A stretch of 42,187 bases of DNA, taken from assembly GCA_937906635.1 (NCBI GenBank), contig CALCYP010000036.1:1-42187 (forward strand), in the 5' to 3' direction. This DNA is from an uncultured bacterium (lineage in GTDB: Bacteria > Patescibacteriota > Gracilibacteria > Absconditabacterales > Absconditicoccaceae). This document shows, in pieces, positions 31,131 to 42,186 of this stretch (position 1 is its first letter; the number at the start of each line of letters is the position of its first letter). A model generated the notes under the pieces. That model saw only the letters and a list, made by a program, of their open reading frames with translations. It was not told where the DNA came from and did no database searches. The position numbers were made by a program, and so were the translations under genes.

Positions 31131-31212
31131 GTCCCTTCGGGACTAAATTTTTAAATTTTTATCATCGCTGAGGGTTTCACCCTCAGCTAAAGATATTTAG
31201 TCCCTACGGGAC
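31131..31212 (+). repeat. Three-hairpin GC-rich element (copy 2)
   Basis: Hairpins are gtccc-ttc-gggac (31131-31143), gctgagggt-ttc-accctcagc (31167-31187) and gtccc-tac-gggac (31200-31212). The 23-nt and 12-13-nt spacings match copy 1. Confidence 0.7.
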
Positions 31213-31468
31213 TTATTTTTTTCCAATCAAGCCCTGAAAGGGTGTCATCTCATATAGCTAAAGATATTCAGTTCCTCTGGGACTTATTTTATTCCAATCA
31301 AGCCCTGAAATGGTGTCATCTCACATAGCTAAAGATATTCGGTTCCTCTGGGACTTATTTTATTCCAATCAAGCCCTGAAAGGGCGTCATCTCACATAGC
31401 TAAAGATATTCAGTTCCTCCGGGAGTTATTTTTTTCCAATCAAGCCCTGAAAGGGCGTCATCTCATAT
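31185..31468 (+). repeat. 71-bp tandem repeat, 4 copies
   Basis: Unit starts at 31185, 31256, 31327 and 31398, with a diverged fifth start at 31469. Each unit carries the hairpins g(t)tcc..ggga(c) and gccctgaaagggc. Confidence 0.9.
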
Positions 31469-31572
31469 AGCTCAGGGCAAGGCCCTGAGCGTTAATAAAT
31501 AAATTAAATTCAAGCCCCAACGGGGCGACATATCTCATCACTTCAGAATCTTGTTAATTTATATCGCAAATT

Positions 31573-31608
31573 TTAGCTATCAGCTATCAGCCACCAGCTA
31601 TCAGCTAA
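31573..31608. repeat. Heptamer array (gctatca gctatca gccacca gctatca gctaact)
   Basis: Direct reading. It abuts the pyk stop codon. Confidence 0.8.
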
Positions 31609-33018
31609 CTATATATTTTTGAATTTATACAATTCTACTCCGTTAATCATATCATTCTTTTCATCTTTTTGTCGCTCATTTGATTGGACAATCACCACTT
31701 TGTCATCGAGTGAAATATTTCATTTGAATATGATTCTAATCATCTCTTTTCATATTCTTTTTAGATTTTCATAGTCAAAAGATTCTGAAATTTTATATCA
31801 TTTTACTCACCAAATCATGTTTAAATATCTATATGTTTCATCAGATTTTGTGAATGTAATCACAGGCACTCTCGGAGCCAAGGAAGATAATCTCGCTGAA
31901 GTATATCCATTGTCTGTGAAGCAAACAATTGCTTTTATATCCAATTCTTTTGTGATCCTATATGCATTGTAAATTATATAATCTCTGACTATGAAATCAT
32001 CATCTTGATCAAATCTTTCTTTTGTCGTTTCAGGACATTTTGACTCACACTTTGATAGTAATTCATACACTTGTGTGATGATATCCAATGTATCGTCTTC
32101 TTTGATTATTCGTTCAATCACAAAAGAATCTATAGCACAGTCGCAGAATTCTTGGACTGATTTTTCATCTCTAAATGGATATTTGTTTGATTCCAAGCCA
32201 GAAATGAATGTGACAGAGACAGGTTTTCATGTAGATTTAATTCTCGTAATTAGCTGTTGCATTGTGAGATTTCTCTCTTCCATATCTTTTGTCAATTTAT
32301 CAAATACAAATATTATTCCATCAGCTACAGTATTTATAGCATCCAAATTTCTCAATCCTTCTGATGTCTCAATCTTTGCTATGATTTTCATATTTCATTT
32401 ATTATTTTCATTCAAAAATGATTTTAAAGACAAAACATCATCTGGTGTTTTTACTCCTGAAAGAGCTATCATGTGTATTCAGTGTTCAATTCATCGTAAT
32501 ATATCTTTTTGATCTCTCTCGGTCAAAACTCCAAAATCTATATCATTTTCAGAAAATCTCACTCTATCAAATTGAAAAAGAGTTCATCATTCTATCACTT
32601 TACAGTCTACATTATCCTCTGCTTTTATTTCCACGACCTCCAGCAAAATATTACTTTGTTCAAACTTTATCTTTGCTCACACACCCAAATCTGCTAACTT
32701 TTCATAGTCTATGAAAATTATTTTATCGTTTTCTTGAGCATACTCAGAATAGTCTACATTTACAATATCTCATTTTTTCAAATTCATATCGAGCAAATTT
32801 TTTACTCTGACATCACATCATTTTGTCTCCATCATGATTGTCTTACTATTGTCCAATTTCATGATAGTTTCGATGTATTTTTTATTATTATCATCAAAAC
32901 CTCCAGACAAACTAATCCTAAAAACATCGACCATATTAATCACCTTTGACAATACTGTCTCTTTTGCCAATGTTGGTCAAACTCAAGCGACGATCTTTGC
33001 AAAATTGAAATTTCACAT
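31609..33018 (-). CDS. pyk: Pyruvate kinase (divergent), 469 aa
   Basis: Motifs seen: KIVAGVGPT, MVDVFRISLSGG, IMMETKGCDVRV, IIAKIETSEGLRNLD. The C-terminal domain reads AIVCFTDNGYTSARLSSLAPRVPVITFT. Confidence 0.85.
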
Positions 33019-33020
33019 AT

Positions 33021-33133
33021 GAAAATTTTTATGGAATAAATTATTTTAGCTGATAGCCTATAGCCGATAGCTAATAGCTCAATGAAATATAAAACACCTT
33101 TGCTATCAGCTATTAGCAATTAGCTATTAGCTA
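33021..33133. repeat. Inverted heptamer arms plus degenerate AT palindrome (composite intergenic module)
   Basis: aaaatttttat-gga-ataaattatttt sits flush with the pyk start. The arms read agctgat agcctat agccgat agctaat agctcaa and gctatca gctatta gcaatta gctatta gctaaat. Confidence 0.8.
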
Positions 33134-34552
33134 AATCTTATCATAATCAATTAACGTAAATCCTTTTGATATAATACTTTTTACTATATTTTTGTTTTTT
33201 ACGACTACTTGTGCGTGGCTATTTGTCTGTGTGTGGAGTAATTCTTTTCCAATCATCACATACACATTTCTATCTACATAATGTCTTGGGAAGTAAATTA
33301 CTACTGAATTACCATTTTTTTCTGTCTGTACATCTATATCCAGTATTGGTAAATCTTCGAATGTCTGTACGTTTATTCTAAGTCCCAATTGATCTTCTAT
33401 TGATTGGATATTTTGTCATCATTTTCATACAATAGCTCACTTTTCTGATTTCGGTACAAAAAGTTGTACAGTATCTCATGAAACTTTGGAAATAAAACTA
33501 CATGGCAATATTTCTTTCAAAATATTATCGATGGACAATTTGGCATAATGGTTTAATTTTCATCATTTTTCTTTTGCCTGATTTTGAATTTCTTCTCCAA
33601 GTGGCATCACAACAATTTGCTCTCCAAACGAATATATTTCGTATACTATTTGCTTATCAAAAAACGATGAAACTTGGATTACGGGCCTCGCTAAATCATC
33701 GGACTCCATTCATTCTGGTACTTTTACAGTCAAATTCAATTGCAAAATTTCTTTGATCTTTCATTTATCTATGAAAATTACTGTATCAATTACCTGTGGT
33801 ACGATTCACATTTCAATAGTTCCCAAAAATCTCTGGATACTGTCTACAGGTCTGGTGGCATGTATCACTCAAATCAATCAAATTCAAGTCAATCTCATAT
33901 CCTTGTAAAGCTCGAAATCGCTTGTATTTCTGACCTCATCATATACTGTATAGTCAGGTCTGGAAAGCAAAAGTATATCTCTCACTTCATCATGAGATCC
34001 GTATGTGAAACTATATTGTACTACATTTTCTGGTACCATCAAATCACGAGGAGATTCGATAGTTTTTATTATTTTATTTTGATTTTCATACAATTCTACT
34101 AATGCTTGTGCAAAAGTCGTTTTTCAGCTTCCAGGAGCTCATGAAACGAGTATTCATTTAGCAGAATTTTTAAACAAATCTAGTACATCCTGTCACAAAT
34201 CATAATCATCTAATGATAGCTTCTTTATTGGCTTTACTGCCGTAATTTCCAACCCATCTGACAATGGAGGATAGACAATTACAATCCTGTATGGTCATAA
34301 TTGGATTACCTTGGACATTTGTCTATCTATCTCAAGTATTGCATCGTCTCTTGTCTCTATTTCTTTGAAAATTTCATCAATCAAATTATTTACCATATCT
34401 TTTGTCATCACTTCTTTGCTAATCACAGGATTCCATCCATCTGGTCATCAATTCTTTTTCAAAAAAGGATTTCATTCTTTGATGTGAATAGACATCGTGT
34501 TGTCATCAAAATATTGGTCCAAAATACTTCAGCATCATTTAATTTCTTGCAT
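33131..34552 (-). CDS. PilT-family ATPase with a C-terminal KH domain (COG1855-like), 473 aa
   Basis: Motifs seen: [25 protein letters not shown], Walker [30 protein letters not shown], and KH GxxG (AIVGKGGQNIQSIE). Confidence 0.78.
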
Positions 34553-34696
34553 TTTGTGTTATTTTGTATGTAAAAATTTGCTTTTTTTTATTTTTTGAAT
34601 AAAATTAAACAACCTTATATATTGATTTTTAAAAAAAATTCAATAAAAAATCAATATTTGGGAATTTTTAGATTTTTAAGAAAACATAAACAAAAT

Positions 34697-35836
34697 ATGA
34701 TATTTCATGTAGTAGCAATTAGAGAACTATTTGGCAAAAATTATAGTATTGATGTTCTGTTTTTCTGATTGTCTGAAGAAAGAGTTAGAGATGTTTTACG
34801 TGAATACAAACTGGTTGCTTTACAACTATACGAATATAAAGAAGAAAAAGTAAAAAATTATTGAAAAATAAAAATATTGATAAACTTTGAGTGACAAGAA
34901 ATTAGATTACTGTCAAATACTACAGAGATTGAAGGAACAGTATATTGATTAAGTGTCATATGATTTGATATACAAAATATAAATTTCGTTGAAAATTGAT
35001 TAGAGCAAACAAAGATTGATGAAATACTAAAAACAGCCAAAGCAGATGCTACACAGTGGTTAAACGAAAAAAAAGAAGCTGATGCTCAAAAAAAGAAAAA
35101 GGAGGCTGAGCTTTTTGATGAAAAAAAATGGGAAAAGTATCAAATAGAAATTAATAAATTATTGAATAATATACAAAAATTAACAAACGATGCAAAAGAT
35201 TTTGTAGATAAAGATAAACTTAAAAATCTTTTCAAACAATGACAAGAGCTTTCAAAACTCAAAATGTGAAGAAATTTTGAAAAAATTGCAATAACATTGG
35301 AAAAAACTTATAATTTATATGGTGATTTAGAACAAGAATATCTACTTAAGCAAAAAGCTTCTCGCATCCAGGTATCATGATCAAATGTGTCTGATACATA
35401 TGTTGTTTCAGAAATTCAAAAATTAGAAAAAGCAAAGTGATTGACAAACCTATGATCAACAAATGTAAATGATGTGTTAAATGCCAATTTTTGATGAGTT
35501 CTCATGTATCTGAAATTCTTGAAAAAAGATTTAGTTGAGAAATTAAAATCATTTCCAGACAAATTTCCAAAAATATTTGATGATATTCTCTTGTGAATGA
35601 TCTTACTTGAAACTTTTGCATGATTATATTTTTCACTTTCAAAAGTATTGTATTACAGTGATATGAATGACTATGTCTATGTCATGCTTGTAAATTTTGG
35701 AGTATTTTGACTTGTAATATATTGAGCAAATTTTATAAAAAAGAAATCATTAGTATATAATATTGTATTATTGGTTTTGTGGGTGTTTATTTCAATTCTA
35801 TTGGTTTGGATACTAAAACAAAATTTTATTTTTTAG
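34697..35836 (+). CDS. Hypothetical membrane protein (soluble and coiled-coil N-terminal part, about 3 C-terminal TMs), 379 aa
   Basis: Open with TGA = Gly and ends at TAG 35834-35836. I recognise no family. Confidence 0.7.
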
Positions 35837-35878
35837 CTATGTAAGGTGGTATTATTCGTAGCAATATTGTGTATAAGT

Positions 35879-37168
35879 ATGTTTATAGCATATTTCTTTG
35901 CTATATGATTGTGGTATTTATGATTAATCCCATTAATTTTGCTGGTATGAATTTTGGTATATAGTGTATGAGATATTTCATTAAAATGAAAAGTAAATAG
36001 TTTGGTTACATCTTACTGATTATTTTTGGCATGGATACTAATTATGATATGATTCTTTTTGTCCGCAAAATTTTTTGATGTATCTACCACAAACTCATTA
36101 TTATTTCTAATAGCATTAAATATTTTATTTTTCATATGATCGTATTTGTTTAAATACGAAGATGGTAAACATGTGTCTCATGTGGGATTTTTGGTTTCGG
36201 CAATATCTTTATTGATATATACTTGGATTGTCTTTTGAGCAAAAACAACATTTCAAATATTTTCAAGCATTTGGATATTATATTTTGCACTTATTTGATT
36301 TACAATCTTTATATTGTGAATAAAATATGAAATAACTGAAAATTTGAAATATCTGTTTTTTGTACTATCGTGAGGTACTCTTGTGTTGTTTTTATACAAA
36401 ATTATTCCAAATTTATACGTATTTTTGATAGTATTAGTTGTTTTACTGCAAGTATGATATTCTACCATTTACTATATTTTACAGCATAAACCACCTACAT
36501 TACAAGAGCAAAAGGAAATTTCAGTTAGGCGTATATTAGCAGGAGAGAGAATTTTAAAAAAGCAAAATGATTGAAAATTCAAGATTTCAGAAAACGTTTA
36601 CAATTTTGTTTTAAATATACCACAAATTGTCAAATATTGTTTGGAGTGAATAAACACGTTTATTATATTATTGCTGATTTATTTATATTTCAAAAACACA
36701 TTATCACTAAATTGATCAGTAGAACAAGTCTTTTATTGGGTAATAATGCTTGGATTTATAGTAAATGTTTATACTTTGAAAAAGATTGATTATACTTCAA
36801 TAGGTCAGAGATTGATTACATTTTTAGTGATAAATTTCGCCATATACATCAGTTTATTCTCTGCATTCAAGTGAGATATAGAGCGTGTCGTATTGCTCGC
36901 AATAGTACGAAATCTTTTGTCATCATTCCTCGTGTTTTCGATACACAAAACAAAAGTTTGAACTTATTTGAAAAAAATTGATTATTCCTTTCGGATTTTC
37001 ACGACATTATTAGCGATGATAGTAAATATAGTTTTGCTATTTAGTACACAGATACCGAGAACTTTCTTGTTCCCTATGATGTTGCTATATGTGTGAATTC
37101 AATGATTTTTGATTTATTATGGCATAAAATACATCAAAAAAATACAAGAAGTAAATATCGAAGCATAA
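35879..37168 (+). CDS. Polytopic membrane protein (10 or more TMs), possibly VirB6/TrbL-like, 429 aa
   Basis: It is in the same frame as the preceding gene. ATG at 35879, with an alternative GTG at 35846. Hydrophobic helices run throughout. The function is inferred from context only. Confidence 0.65.
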
Positions 37169-37184
37169 AAATATATCAAAAAAT

Positions 37185-37213
37185 TTGCAAATTTTTTACT
37201 TTTTGAATATAAT
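37185..37213 (+). promoter_or_regulatory. Sigma70-like promoter
   Basis: TTGCAA (37185-37190), 17-nt spacer, TATAAT (37208-37213). Confidence 0.6.
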
Positions 37214-37245
37214 TAATGTGTAATTTTACATGTTAATGATTTTGT

Positions 37246-37731
37246 ATGAAAAAATTTACAAAAATATTGCTATCGTTATTGGTATTTACTACTGTATTTT
37301 CATTTTCATATGCACAAGAATGAAAATGGACAAATCGATGATCCACACCAATGCAAGTCTTTGAGACTTTTGTAGACAAAACAAATGATGAATGACGCTA
37401 TAATGTACAAGATACAGCTCTTGATTGAGTGACAGATTTACAATGAATATATCCAAGACAATACAAAATTTCCAATACATTAGATTACATTAGACAAGAA
37501 ATTGATCCGTATTTACAGCGAGCCGCATATATTGGTCTGGTAGCATCCACAACATGATTAATTATTTGTTGATTTTTGCTTGTTACATGATGAATTTCAA
37601 AGTCATCTTGATTTGAGAAAGTAAAATGAAAAATATTTAATGCATTAATTTGAGTATTCTTATTGAGTGGTTTTTATTTAGTTGTCAAACTATTTATCTC
37701 AATCATAAATATGTTTTTTTGAGGACAATAA
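37246..37731 (+). CDS. T4SS-pilin-like (TrbC/VirB2-type) secreted protein, 161 aa
   Basis: Signal peptide MKKFTKILLSLLVFTTVFSFSYA. The C-terminal TM-loop-TM module reads AAYIGLVASTTGLIICGFLLVTGGISKSSGFEKVKGKIFNALIGVFLLSGFYLVV. Confidence 0.6.
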
Positions 37732-37752
37732 TTTAATTTATAACTTAAAACT

Positions 37753-38721
37753 ATGAAAAACATTATAAAAAAAATATTGTTGTTATGTTTGGCTTTTCTA
37801 CCGATATTTCTGTGATATACAAATGCACAAAGTAGGGTTGCACCGACATTTGAGAAAAATTTTTCAAGTTATTTTACACAATGAAAAACTAATGCTAATT
37901 GAGAAGTAGTGGATGTCTATGTGTTTTCTGGCGTATCTGCTGATAAATCTTTAAAAGACAATATAAGGTGTCTTTTTTATCCAAATAGCAATAATGTGCC
38001 ATGATGTGGTTCCAGTGTGCGTGGTGGAGCATTACGATGAGTTTTGAGATATGTATGATATGTATTAGTAGTTTTGTTTATCATATTATCTGGACTACAA
38101 CTATTATTATCTAGATGAAACTCCGAAAAAGTGAAACCAGCAATGATGTCATTACTTTATATTGTAATGTGATCGGTATTGTTTTTTGGGTGCGTGCGAA
38201 TTTTATGATCAGTACTAAAGTTTGAGACAGTTAATTGAACTGAATGATTAGCAGAGAATTTACACTGAAATCAAAATTCACTTTTGTTCTTTATCCTATC
38301 GTTTTTGAAAGCGTTGGCTTTTGTCGCTGCTATTTTGATGATGGTCATCCATTGATTTAAGATGATGTCCAATGCAGACAAAGCAGACAAAGCAAAGTCA
38401 TGAATCAAATGACTATTAAATGTAATTGTTGCCTTAATTATAATTAAATTAATTGATTATGTATATTATATTGCACAATTGCCAGACATTGTGACAAAGA
38501 CAACCGAGCTGATAATTGAAATAGCAAAAATTATATGATTTATTATATGAGCTTTGATGGTAATTATGCTATTATATGCAGGATTTTTGGCTATTACAGA
38601 TCAATGAAATAGTGAAAATATGAAAAAAGTGAAAAATATCATTGTATGAATTTTGGTTTCAGCTGTGGTAATATTTGCATTGTTGTTGATTGTTTATGAA
38701 ATATTTAACGAGTTCGCTTAA
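37753..38721 (+). CDS. Protein with three tandem T4SS-pilin-like TM-loop-TM modules, 322 aa
   Basis: Signal peptide, then three modules: ...LVVLFIILSGLQLLLSRGNSEKVKPAMMSLLYIVMG...; ...AFVAAILMMVIHGFKMMSNADKADKAKSGIKGLLNVIVAL...; ...GALMVIMLLYAGFLAITDQGNSENMKKVKNIIVGILVSAV... Confidence 0.6.
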
Positions 38722-41700
38722 TTATTTATTCTTCAAAATTTCTAAATATTCCGACTTCAAACTTTCATATTTTTCCAATATTTCACTTGGAATTATGGAT
38801 TTTAGTGCGTCTGAAAAAGATTGGCTTGGTGTCTTTTTGTATTTAGCATTGTACATATTCTCAAAATCAGATATATCATACTGAGTTCATTCAATTGAAA
38901 TATTTGTTCATCATGCGGAAATTACATCTTCAATATCATCCAGAAGTTCGAAATAATTCTTTATCTCGGAATCATAATACATTATTTTTCGATTATCTTT
39001 CATATAATCTTCAAAACTATCAAAAAAACTTTTGTACATCCTGTTTTGATTTATTCTCTTTGTCGAGAGCTTGGAATATGGCATATTCTTACAACTGAAA
39101 ACTTGTCCAGCATATGTCAGACAGACCTTACTTCATATGTTCTGTAATTTTGAATTTTTCAAAATACTTAAATCCAAAGTGCTAATGCTCTCTATCACTC
39201 AATTTGATACATAAAATTTCTGTCATTCATCAGGTTGTGTGTAGCAAAATTTATCAAAAATAAATCATTTATAACCAAGTTCGACACATCATCATTTATT
39301 TGGAAAAGAAAAAGCTCATTTCAAATTTACACTTTCATTGGTTGAAATTTCTCATTTTAGATATTTTTTGGTTGTTCAGATTTGTAGGTAAAATCATGAT
39401 GATAAATTTAGATTTGGCAGTTCTGATTTACACAATAATTCGATTTCTTCATTTGATCAGTCTGCTCAAAAGGGATTTGGCAATATAGACAGAATCTGGA
39501 ATTGGCTTATTTGAGCCAATAACTCATCTCAAGTAGACAAAGTAGACCCAGTATCGACAAGTTTATCTAATTCTGGGTTATAGACATATGTATCTAAGAC
39601 TTCTCAGTTGTAAACAAGGGAAACTGTAGTTAATTTTGTGTTTGGAAATCAAAAAGTTCATACCAATTTTTTCGTCTCTCATGGAGAAATTGAGCCATAT
39701 TTTTTCAGACTCTTTTTCGTATCATTTACAAGTAAATAAAAATCTGTCCCAAAATCCACAGAAATTCATTCAATCATTTTGATCCAAATTTCTTCATTTC
39801 AATTGTCTGCTCATTCTGGATCATAGATAATATTTTCGATATTCATTACAAAATTGTATTCATTTTGTGTCTCTTCTACCGGGCACAATCTCTCTCATTT
39901 ACACTGATTTCATCGCAATCACAGTCAATTATTTTGAGCATAATTTTGTGCAGATTTAAATGCAGACTGATATTTGTATGTCTGGTTCTTGTATGAATAT
40001 TCTCGAGCATATCCATCTTTTACCATTTTTTCATTGATATTTTCTCAGTTTAAGAATACATATCATACAAATCTATCATATGAATCTGTAGATTCTGGCT
40101 CAAAATATATAGTCTGTCATTCAATTAAAGATTGTAAGTATTGTTTTGCTTCAGGTCCAAAGCACTCCACCTTTCCACATCTTAGTGCAGAAGATTCTGG
40201 AGCATCAATTCCAGCAAATCTGATACTAATTTCCTGTCATTCATATTCTATTTTTGCAGTATCTCCATCAATCACTGAAATTATTTCATAATTACCAGCT
40301 GGAATCTCTGTGATTTTATTCGGATTGTAAATATATGTGTCGACTACTTTCCCATCAGGTGAAAATAAGTTAACAGTAACTGCTTTTTTGTCTGTGGTGC
40401 TATTTGGAAAAGCAAATGCTCATTTGAAAGTTTGTCTATTTCCATATGATAAAATTCATTGAATCTTATCTTTTGCTTTTTGTGTTTTTCAGTCTTTTGT
40501 GTAGTAAAAAGTATATCACGATAGATTGACTTGATCTCCACTCAACAACAATAGTGTCACACTTTCATTATCTCAATCAGCTCATGCAGGATCATAATCA
40601 ATATCAATAATTTTTATCAAATTTGTCTGAAATAGATTTTCATTATTTCATGTATTATTTGGATTTTCTATTTCTTCGCCTAATTCATCTTCTCATTCTT
40701 CATTATTAATTATTCATTCTTCATTATCCAATTCTTCTCGGAAAGTTAGTTGATTCAAAATGTTTTGCTCATCTTGTGCCGTAGCTTTTGTGAGTGAATT
40801 TCTACAATATCTATCAATCACAGTCCCTTCTTTCATTAAATTTACACAAAAATCTTGGTTTGTTGGCAATCAGTAATTTCACACAAAAGACATCGTAGAT
40901 TTGGCAAAAATAGTATTTCATTGTATATTTTTAGTTGATCAGTCCAAAAATTGTAAGTAATATTCACGTAAGTTTATGTCTGAATTTGTTTTGTTTTTTA
41001 GCTTTAAAATCTGCTTATTTCCATAATATTTGATAGCTGAAATTTGAATTTCAGATGATGAAAATGCTGAATTGTCAAAAGTCTGTTTTTCTTGACTCGA
41101 ACAAGATCAACCTCATCATCAGACTTGGATATATTGGATTATTGGATCTGGAGTGATTTGGATAAACTGACTTTGTCACATAGTCAATCAAGGTGAAAAT
41201 TTATCTATATAATCAAACACTCCTGCACATTCCAAACTTTTACTTCACATGTAAACAGAGTTTCATTGTGATTTTTTGCTTACATAGACAATATCTAAAA
41301 CTTCTAATTCTGAATATCAATCATCACCGTAAATTATGAGGAAACCACTATCATTTAAAGCAAAATTTTGATTGTATTTTGATTCCCATCACTCATCATA
41401 CCAAGTAGAGTTTGAAGTTACTAGTAAAAATGTATTTGCTTTCATTTGCTTTGCACGGATAGAAATCGGAGACTGTAATGCAGTTCAAGACAGGACAATA
41501 TTGTTATAATAACTAGATATTTTATCATTAATTTTTAACTCAACATATGATGGATAGATTTCGTTTCAATAATAAATTTCGGAAATATCAATTAGATAAT
41601 CTGTCACAAAATCATCACAATCAATTGGTAAAGTATAATTTTCGCCTGTATAAACTTCAGTTCAATTTCTATCTTTTGTCACGTCTTTCATATTTTCTCA

Positions 41701-42186
41701 AACTGTGAAATATTTGGTAGGATTGGCTGCAATTCATCGATTAGTGTTGTAAATTCTGTCTAAATTTAATCAAACATAAGTCGTGGTCCAATTAGTTCAA
41801 TTTCAGACCTTTTCAAATGAAGTTTTAGCTTCTTGCAAATAATCTACTCGTGACTCGTGAGCAAAAAATGTATCCAAAATTTCTCAGGATCGAATCAAAT
41901 CTATGTTTATTTGTTCATTATTGAACGATATATTATTCGAAATAATTTCAATATTTTCTCAAGTCTGAAACATTGCTAAATTATTTGCAAAGACTTTGGA
42001 AACTCAAGCAGGAATTTGTGCGGAAATAGTGAAGTTTAGATTTCAATTCAAAGTCAACTCTCACAAGAAATCTTCAGTTCAAATATTACTTATTTCAAAC
42101 CAATTATCATCTCAATCAAAATAAATTTCAGTAATTTTCAATTTGGGAGTCTCGACAATGTCTCAAGTTAATTCTGGTTCTTCTGG
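38722..42186 (-). CDS. Large extracellular nuclease with a thermonuclease (SNase) domain flanked by six lamin-tail-domain-like (LTD-like) repeats; at least 1154 aa, N-terminus outside the window
   Basis: Open to the window edge with TGA = Gly. SNase core: VIDGDTAKIEY...IRFAGIDAPES...ECFGPEAKQYLQSLIEGQTIYFEPES..DSYDRFVGYVFLNGENINEKMVKDGYAREY. LTD-like segments: IIDIDYDPAGADGDNESVTLL, IENIIYDPEGADNGNEEIWIK, ILSILPNPFGADGSNEEIELL. Confidence 0.82.

Noticed and set aside
31185-31468. Possible CRISPR array.
   Set aside because: The units are contiguous 71-bp near-identical copies with no unique spacers between them, and there are no cas genes in the window.
32075-34573. Plus-strand ORFs at 32075-32512, 32418-32714, 32734-33022, 33502-34102 and 34301-34573.
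   Set aside because: They are antisense shadows of pyk and the PilT/KH ATPase gene.
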